A DNA stretch of 64,000 nt from Paraspadella gotoi (lineage: Eukaryota > Animalia > Chaetognatha). The notes under the pieces are model-generated. The model was not told the origin of the DNA. It was given only the letters and a program-made list of their open reading frames with translations, and did not search any database. Location: positions 25,982,851 through 26,046,850 of the forward strand of contig CM119266.1 of the NCBI GenBank assembly GCA_051294375.1, in the 5' to 3' direction. Each line of letters begins with the position of its first letter. The stretch's first letter is position 1. The position numbers were made by a program, and so were the translations under genes. Shown piece by piece: positions 29,179 through 64,000 of this stretch.

Positions 29179-30189
29179 GTAAGAGTTTTTTGAGGGCAGC
29201 ATAACCATTAACCAAACTCGAAAGGGGGAAGAAGAGTTCAGAGGTCCAACCGAAAAATCGCTAAGTGCTTCGCCCGCGATTGGCAGAAAAGTAGAAACGC
29301 GAGCTGTCAAGTGGCAAGCTTTTTTTCTGCCCAGGGAAAGCCGTTGCCTGGCGACCGATGTCGCGACCGATAACTGGCCGCCATCTTGTCCGTCGTTCAC
29401 TCGTGCGAAACGGAAGGGGGGGGGGTGTTGGATGGTCGCGACTTCCGGCGACGACTCTTTCGATCGCTTCTAACTAAATCGGTTTGACAAATTCGTCCAG
29501 CTCTGTTTAAATGACAAAATTGTCTTATAAATTAGCTCTTATTACATAGCTCTGGTTAATAAAATCGTTTTATTTAATCTGATTGTTAACTCGTAGATCT
29601 GACTGAAATTTGTCTTACTAACAAATTCGTAAACCAGATTTTATTAAAAATTTTGAACTCAATCTAGGATAGTCAGTCAGGAGTAGTTAAAAATTTTATA
29701 TTTCTAATTTGACAAATAAATCAAACTCAATATAACTAAAAAATGTTATGTGATTGACAATTAGCCAAACTCGTTTTGTTAGACAAATTCATGTAACTCA
29801 ATCCGATCGATTGATTCGTCTAACCTAATTATTTTTTTTCTAGAATTCAATCCTTTTTTGGATCTGGTTGAGTGATTTAAAATCATTTAAACGAATTCAC
29901 TACTGCGCTCCACACTTTCACGATTGGACTCTCATTGCTACAAAAGTCATTTGAAAACTCGGCCGTCTCACTCCCGACTCGCTAGGGTCAGAAATGAATG
30001 GGAACCAAGTTTTATGGGCTGGAAACGAGCAAAAGGGGCAAAACGTGAAAGTCGGCGAAAGAGGATTGTAGCGTGAATGAATGAATGGAAGTGAAAAGGA
30101 GGAAAGAGGAGGAAAAAAAATGGTTGACTGATCGTCACTAGACGTGAGATCGAAAATTAAGGGAATACATAAAGCGAATGAAAACCTCT

Positions 30190-30876
30190 TTTCCTAGGCT
30201 TTTTTTTCTACTTCCCTCGCTCTTTTTTTTTCCTAGTACCTCTCAAACGTACTATCTTTTTTCAGGCTTTTTTTTCTACTTCCCTCACTTTTTTTTTCCT
30301 AGTTCCTCTCTAACGTACTATCTCTTTTCAGGCTTGTTTTTTTTTACTTCCCTTGCTCTTTTTTTTCCTTGTCCCTATCTAACGTACTATCTTTTTTCAG
30401 GCTTTTTTTTCTACTTCCCTCGCCCTTTTTTTTTCCTAGTCCCTTTCTAACGTACTATCTCTTTTCAGGCTTTTTTTTCTACTTCCCTTGCTCTTTTTTT
30501 TCCTAGTCCCTTTCTAACGTACTATCTCTTTTCAGGTTTGTTTTTTACTTCCCTTGCTCTTTTTTTTTCCTAGTACCTCTCTAACGTTCTATCTCTTTTC
30601 AGGCTTTTTTTTCTACTTCCCTCGCTCTTTTTTTTCCTAGTCCCTCTCTAACATACTATCTCTTATCAGGCTAGTTTTTTTCTACTTCCCTCGCTCTTTT
30701 TTTTTTCTAGTCTTTATCTAATGTACTATCTCTTTTCAGGCTTTTTTTCTACTTCCCTCGCTCTTTTTTTTCCTAGTCCCTCTCTAACGTACTATCTCTT
30801 TTCAGGCTTGTTTTTTTCTACTTCCCTTGCTCTTTTTTTTTCCTAGTCCCTCTCTAACGTACTATCTCTTTTCAGA
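30190..30876. repeat. Minisatellite, ~68-bp unit x ~10
   Basis: Unit CAGGC-Tn-CTACTTCCCTCGCTC-Tn-CCTAGTCCCTCTCTAACGTACTATCTCTTTT; CAGG recurs every 65-71 nt. Confidence 0.95.
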
Positions 30877-33800
30877 CTTTCTCTTTACAATCTCTCGGAT
30901 TTATGGGTTTTCTCTTTTACGTTCTCCCGCTACGGAGTCGCCGATAATTCCCCAACCAATTTCTCTTCTTCTTATTCCAACCAAAGCTTGTACGACTTTA
31001 TCGGCCCCATTTTCCAACCTCCTACATGACTCTCCCTCCTGCCAGTCTGCCCTCTAAGCCCGTCTACCTCTCGCCTGTCCCACCCCCCTTTCTTTCTGGC
31101 ATACCCTTCTGCCTGTCTTTCTTCCCTCTACCCCTGTCAACCCTTCTTCCTATTCCCCTCCGAGCTTTCTTCATTATTTCCGCCATGGCGTTGACTCGAG
31201 GCTTCTCCCCCCCCCCTCCCAACGTTCTCGCCGACCGCGTTTGCCAATTACTATCTTTCGATTACCATCTCCCCTTCCTTGACGAATGGAAATTATTGCC
31301 AGCTCCCTACTTCCATATTTATCATTTGCGCACAATTCAACTCTCCCTCAGTTATACTAATTCGTAAACGTGGATTTTCAAATTCGCTACCCAACTTGGC
31401 TCTGACTTCAGTTACGCATTCCGACTCTCAATTCCTCGGATGCGATGGGCCAATTACCCGCTCTAACGGCCTCATATCGCCCCCTCCTCCTCCTCCTCCT
31501 CCCCCCAACCGAGCCGCCCATTCTTGGCTCTGTCTTCGGCCCAATTTCCTTCCATTCTTTCTTCCTATTCAACTTCGTCTTCGTCGTCTTCTTCTTTTTT
31601 TATTTTTTCTTCTTCTTTTTCTTCTTCTTCTTCTTCTCATTATCTTTGTTCTTCTCCTGACGAATCGTCATCGTTCGACTTCACCCAGTTCCGATCTCTT
31701 TCTTCTTTCTCCCTTCGCCTCTCCGATCGCATTTGTTTGCATCTCATGCGACACGAGACCCGGAGCGAAAAATAAAAACAAATTCTCCTGCAGCCATATA
31801 TTTGCGCCGTCGAGTCTGATAAAAACTGAGAACGGAAATAAAAAAAGAAGAAGACCCTTGATTTTAAACCGATACATCATATCAGTTTTCCATAAAGCAA
31901 AGTTGCATTTTCTTTTCGCTTTTTTTTTTTTTTTTGCCACTTCCCTCCCACCTCCGTGGTTCCATCTCGATGCCATTTCAACGCCATTCCCTGTGTTCTC
32001 CTTTCCGTTTTTTCCAACACGCTAGTAACCTGAAATATAATTATCCTTTCGTCCTAATTAGTAGCGGTTGCTAGCAACTTTTCAAGCGATGACTCAAGGA
32101 AATACAAACAAACAGCAAATTCACTTCCAGTTTTTGTTTTGTCTTTGGTTCCTTAGGTTCTTCCCTTTATTTGTCTTTTCTTTTTGATTATAAGCCAAAT
32201 ATTCAGTTTTTCATTAGACTGTCAATTTTCTCTCTATTTTTGCTAATACATAGAATTTCTACCCTATTTTCTTTTAATCTTCCTTTTTTTAGTCAGTAGT
32301 TACTTTTCCCATAATTTTCCCACAAAGCAATCCCGGAACAATTGCCTCGCAATTTACATTTAGTACTAACCCACATAGGACCCCAATCTCTGAACAGTGA
32401 ACACCCCATCGACATTAAATACCGTCGCATTTTCACCCAAAACCCCAAAAAAAGGAAGGATAACGGAGGTCGGATGTAAAACTGATGGTCTGTGCCTTGC
32501 CTCCACCCTCCGTCATTATCTCACAACTTCACCCCATGATTATCACCCCAAAATCATCAGGCGATTTCTCAATTACACCCCAAGCCTCTTTTCCCCCGTA
32601 CAACATGCAATTCTATTCACAATTTTGCCCCATACTTCTCACCAGCCTCTTCTCCCCCCCCCCAACATCATCAAGTCCCTTTCAACAATTTCTCCTACTC
32701 CTCTTCTTCGGTCGTCATGTGGATACGAATTTATAATGAGTGAGTCTCTCCTGAAAGAATTTCGCCGCCTGGTGTCGCGAAGAGCGAGGATGAAAGCGAC
32801 GAAGAATAAGGCATGCGAGGATGTTTATTAATTTACATTATTTATTATCCCACGTTAAAAACTTTAATTATGATAATGATATAAAATAATAATATTAATG
32901 ATTAAACGGAAAATAAAATACGGAAAATAAATAACAATTATGAGAAATATGCAAGATGCAAATGAGATGAAGGAACAGCATCTCATCTCAACTAAAAGTC
33001 CCTCTTATTATCTTACAATGATCACGTAATAAATTTAGAAAACGACAATGATTTTATTTACGACTGACTAAAAATTTCAAGTCGGTTCTTTTCTGTATAA
33101 ATTTATAACTCTACCATAAAAACCTGTAAGTATGACGAGATTCCAGCGCCCTACATGACCACAAACAAAATCGATCCAAGTCAACGAAGACAAATCGTGC
33201 GACCAATAATGGTCACGTGTAGAAAAAAAAAACTTGGTCTAGAAACTGTCTCGGAATGAAAAGAAACCATTTTTCTTGGTCGGCGAATATCCCCCCGTTC
33301 CGCAGCGGGCGGCTGCTTTCCTTAATCCTCACCTTTCTGATAAAAGTGATATCCTTACTCTACGCTTCCCATCGCGGACGATAAGGGCTTTGCGCCTTTT
33401 TCTTCTTTTCCTCGATGTTATTGCGAGGCGCACCTAATCCGTTTACTTAACTTTTTTCACTTTTATGCACAATTTATGGTCCAATCGCTATATCAAGTTT
33501 ACTATCTGAGATTAGAATTGATTATATACATATATATATATATATATAAAATTTATATATATAAAAATTTTCCCCGTCGAAGTATTTTCAGTCTTTCTAA
33601 AAACAATTTTATAAAATCAGGTTTTCCTCATTTTCTATTTTCTTCTCCTACTTAATATCTCTCGCTCTCTGTCTTCTCCTTTCTCCCTTCAGACTTCAGT
33701 CCTCTGCTCTTCGGTGACCGCGATGCCATTCACCTGAAGATCATGTTTGCTTACTCACAGAGAGAGAGGGAGAGAGAGAGAGAGAGAGAGAGAGATAAGA

Positions 33801-34527
33801 AACTTGATCCCATCCCAAATTTCCTTCAAACCAGAGGCTTCTCCTATCTCTAGGATTCGCCGTGACTTCGGCTTAGGATTTTGCTTTGACTTTAGGCTTT
33901 ACGCGCTAACGTAAGCTTCGTGTCCTCAACGAACGTCTTTGCAATTTCTTATCTTAAATAAACTGAATGTTTGAATACAAATAATAGTACCAGGCGACTA
34001 ACCGAAAGCTAGTATAATGTGTATTATGTTAACTCTCGCTGCTTTACTCAACCACTTTGGTTAAGTATTTAATTATTTTTCTCTTCAAGTTACGGCCCCT
34101 GTTTTTTTCAAAAAATACCTTGATTTTATTTTCAATACAAAAAGAAATTTTAAATAGTCTATATATCTAAATATGGCTTACAATTTTATTTATTTTTCCA
34201 AACGATTAATGGCGCGGTGCGATTCAGCAATTCTTCTTGTTTTATGCTTTATAATAATATAATGTACCAATTTCATAAAGCTTCTTTTCTCTTCTTTTTA
34301 ATATAATAATACTCTTTTCAATAATGTCTTTGGATGGAATCTTGTGAAATTCTCGGATTATCCGCTACGTTATTCACTTTTTTTCTCGTAATTAAGAATT
34401 GTCTCAAAGAAAATAATTAGCAATAAATATTTTCCCCCTTTATTTACGGAATGATATAAGATTTGAATATTCACATAATACCATTTTTGAACATTTTTTT
34501 TCCCGCGCCATTCTAGGATCGTCGGTC

Positions 34528-50742
<16,215 letters not shown>

Positions 50743-53575
50743 GGGCCCGGTGCTTGCGGCGCGATAGTGTGACTTGGCGTTTGCGGCGCGAAAGAAAGCC
50801 GTGGCGCTCCCGTGTGGGGAACGGCACGACGGCGGATTCGACTGAGGAAAGCGCCGACGCTACGCATAGACATCCGGGCGAAGTTATTGAGCGGCATCGA
50901 TCGTGGGAATTTCGTCATAATCTCTATCACAACGACCTCTAGGATAAAGACGGAATGAAAAAAATATCAGTGTCTAGATTTGTGATCGTTTGGAAATGGG
51001 GCATCCGTTGTATTGCGAGAGAGGCTTGCGTCGCCTCTGGTGGTCAACTAACGGAAGAAAACCAAACAAAAGTAAAACACTATTTTTCGAACTAAAACCA
51101 TCGAGAGAACCATCGTAGAGAATTCCGACTCCTGGCAATGCAAGGTTCGTAATGGTTTTATGCCTAAAATATTTTTTCATTCATGTTTAATCCTTCAATT
51201 AATTATATTAAGATATTCGTCGAAAACAACGACTGCTTTTACCAAAAAAAACTGTTTCGCCGAAATTCCCCTCCGATCGAAAGGAAAGTACTCGCCGCAA
51301 TACAAACGCTCGCGCCGCCGGAGAAGCGCTCGTCTTCGAGAAACTAATGTACTTCCTCCCCCCCCTCCCTTTCCCCCAAGCCTCGACCCCATTCCCTTCC
51401 CCGCACCATGACCCCCTTTCCCCCACAACTTCCCGCAATAAAAAGATAAACGTTCTTCCTCGACGAACGAAAACTCAACCTCAATCATTCCTTGACGAAC
51501 AATTTTTTTTTATTTTTAGGGTCGAATTGTCTTTGAGCGCCACTTCCCCGTACCCGACGAAGTGACGATTCAGAACAGTATATAATTTCATTTTGCCTTC
51601 TTTTTTTAATTTCTGTTCTTTTTTTTCATCTTTACTTTACTGATAAAAATCGTCACCGAGCTGTGATGCTGTGATGCCGAGTTTCATGAGGTAAAAACCA
51701 ACAAAGAAATGATATATATGTATGTAATTGGAAAACGAGTGAAGACAAATTATTCGATTTTCTCTTTAGCCAAACAAAAAAAAACTGCTTTACCGCATTT
51801 AACTTCTTCGCGTCATTTCTGTCATCATATCGAAGTAACATTGTCGTCTTTCCTCTCTCTTTTTTAAAATTGTATCACGACGTTATTTACAATGTTATCG
51901 CATATCACAGAATAAGAAAACGAGGAACGCTATCTGGGCCAAAACTAAATCGTATAAAAGTATAAAAGTAGAAAAAAAGTATTGGTTTAATAGATTATAT
52001 ATATTAAATTCTCCGTAAAAATAGTTTAAATAATGCTCGGTAAATATTAAAATAATTTAAAATCGCCTGACATTATTCAATATTCATATAAAACTGAAAA
52101 ATAACTTTGACTTTGATAAGACGGTATTGTCTTTCTGTAGAGAGTTATATCGAGAAGGGTTAATAAAAGAATATTTTTATCATTACGAATATATCGTTGT
52201 CTAATTAATACCATTACTGTATTAAGAACTACTAAGCTAACTGAAGTTTATATCGATTATCAGCCTTTTTAAAAAACCAAGCTGGAAACCTAAGAATTCA
52301 TTGTTGCTATTATTTTTTACGCAGTATTCGTGACCATTGCTCATAATTACTAAATTGATATTTATACTATTTTCATTATAAAAGTGATCCGAATAAATTC
52401 AGTTCAATCTAACGAATATTTTTTTTGGTCGAAATTCGCTTTTTTCAGAACTATGTTCAGTAAAAAAATTTACAAGAAAAAATCATGGTTGCCAAATCGG
52501 TTTATTTAAGGAATTTATCACAATAAGTAACCAAAATTCGGCGCATATAACGTTGAGTTAATAACAAACAGTCCAGAAATATGGTAATTCTATCATATTT
52601 TATAATTTCCAGATTTAGATTAAGAATTTTATCGATTGATTAAAAATTAGAGATCAGAAGAAAGAATTCAGGTTTTTATTAAGAAGAAGCTTTTATAAGC
52701 TCCGGAATAATTTTAAGGTCATTCTGTTCTTTATATTTCTGATTTTATTTTTGTTTAAAGCAGTATGGATATCTACCCAAAAATCTAAACTGTAATTATC
52801 TTAAATGCAAAGGATACAAGAAATTTAGTTAAAAATTCGTTCCGGTGTAACAAACATGAATGCAACAAAATATCATTGTTTAACAAACAAAAATAAACGA
52901 TAACATAACGATTAACGAAAGTTTTTCATCTTTTATTCGGAAAATTGATTTTCCGAAAATCATCAAGTAACAAAAATCAAAACATTAGATGCATAACAAA
53001 ATACAGGTTTGACGCTGTTAAAAATGCCAGAATAAACCAGTTGCTTATTCGGTTTAAGTAGAAATACTTCCTGCACAGTGTGCGAATAACAGCAATAAAT
53101 TAAAAGTTGAGTGTGCAGACAATTTGTGGTTGTGAGTTCCTCAAACTACACAGCGTTTGCATTGAATTGCAAAAGTGCAAAAATTTTTTTTTTTTAAATT
53201 CGATCTTTTTAAAGGGGAAAAGTGGAAGGGGGAAAGTGTGACTGTATTATCCTTAGGTCGTAAGATTGTTGTCGGATTGTCTCTCGCGGGAAAAAATATC
53301 GATTTGCGCTTGCGCGGACGGAAAAGTCATCGGCGAAATGATGCGAAATACAGAATCAAACGATTGTCACTAAATGTAATGCGGCCGTTCAAATCGTTCG
53401 GCGCTGAAAAAAAAAAGAAAACGAAAAAAAAAACAACAAATAACTAGTTGAGTCAAAAAACAGCCCTGTCGTTTATAACTGTTTATAACTTCGTCCAATC
53501 CGAAGTTTCTACGCCTCTTAATTGGCCAATCGCAGCGCCCCCGTCGTTCAAACTAGGTAATGGTCGTAGTGGTTC

Positions 53576-64000
<10,425 letters not shown>

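Noticed and set aside
30190-30876. Regular ~68-nt periodicity as a CRISPR-like array
   Set aside because: Whole units repeat with no unique spacers, the context is eukaryotic and there are no cas genes.

Overview
Eukaryotic (invertebrate metazoan-like) genomic DNA: AT-rich, not CpG-depleted, with GT-AG introns and dense (GA)n/(GTC)n/(TAA)n microsatellites. The first ~27.4 kb is largely redundant. It has one exact 3.18-kb direct duplication and three fold-back (inverted) duplications separated by 25-N gaps, most likely amplification or long-read assembly chimeras. It holds only weakly supported exons. The second half has three spliced genes that I reconstructed by hand with phase-compatible junctions. 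(1) An 8-exon, + strand Cys-less ('Pro-loop') pentameric ligand-gated ion channel at 34528-50742, with an ELIC-like M2, a very short M3-M4 loop and a ~550-aa low-complexity N-terminal extension lacking a signal peptide; exon 4 has an apparent frameshift. (2) A - strand CDK4/6-like kinase at 53576->64000 (5' end outside the window) with a ~430-aa disordered C-terminal tail. (3) An unrecognised 3-exon, ~197-aa gene nested antisense in a CDK intron; its second intron holds a dispersed repeat split by a ~2.9-kb Helentron-like element. Also present are a dispersed ~150-200-nt element with compensatory base-pairing, a 70-bp inverted-repeat pair in a channel intron, and a 68-bp minisatellite made of 3'-splice-site-like units. 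No database searches were possible, so all family calls rest on motif recognition.
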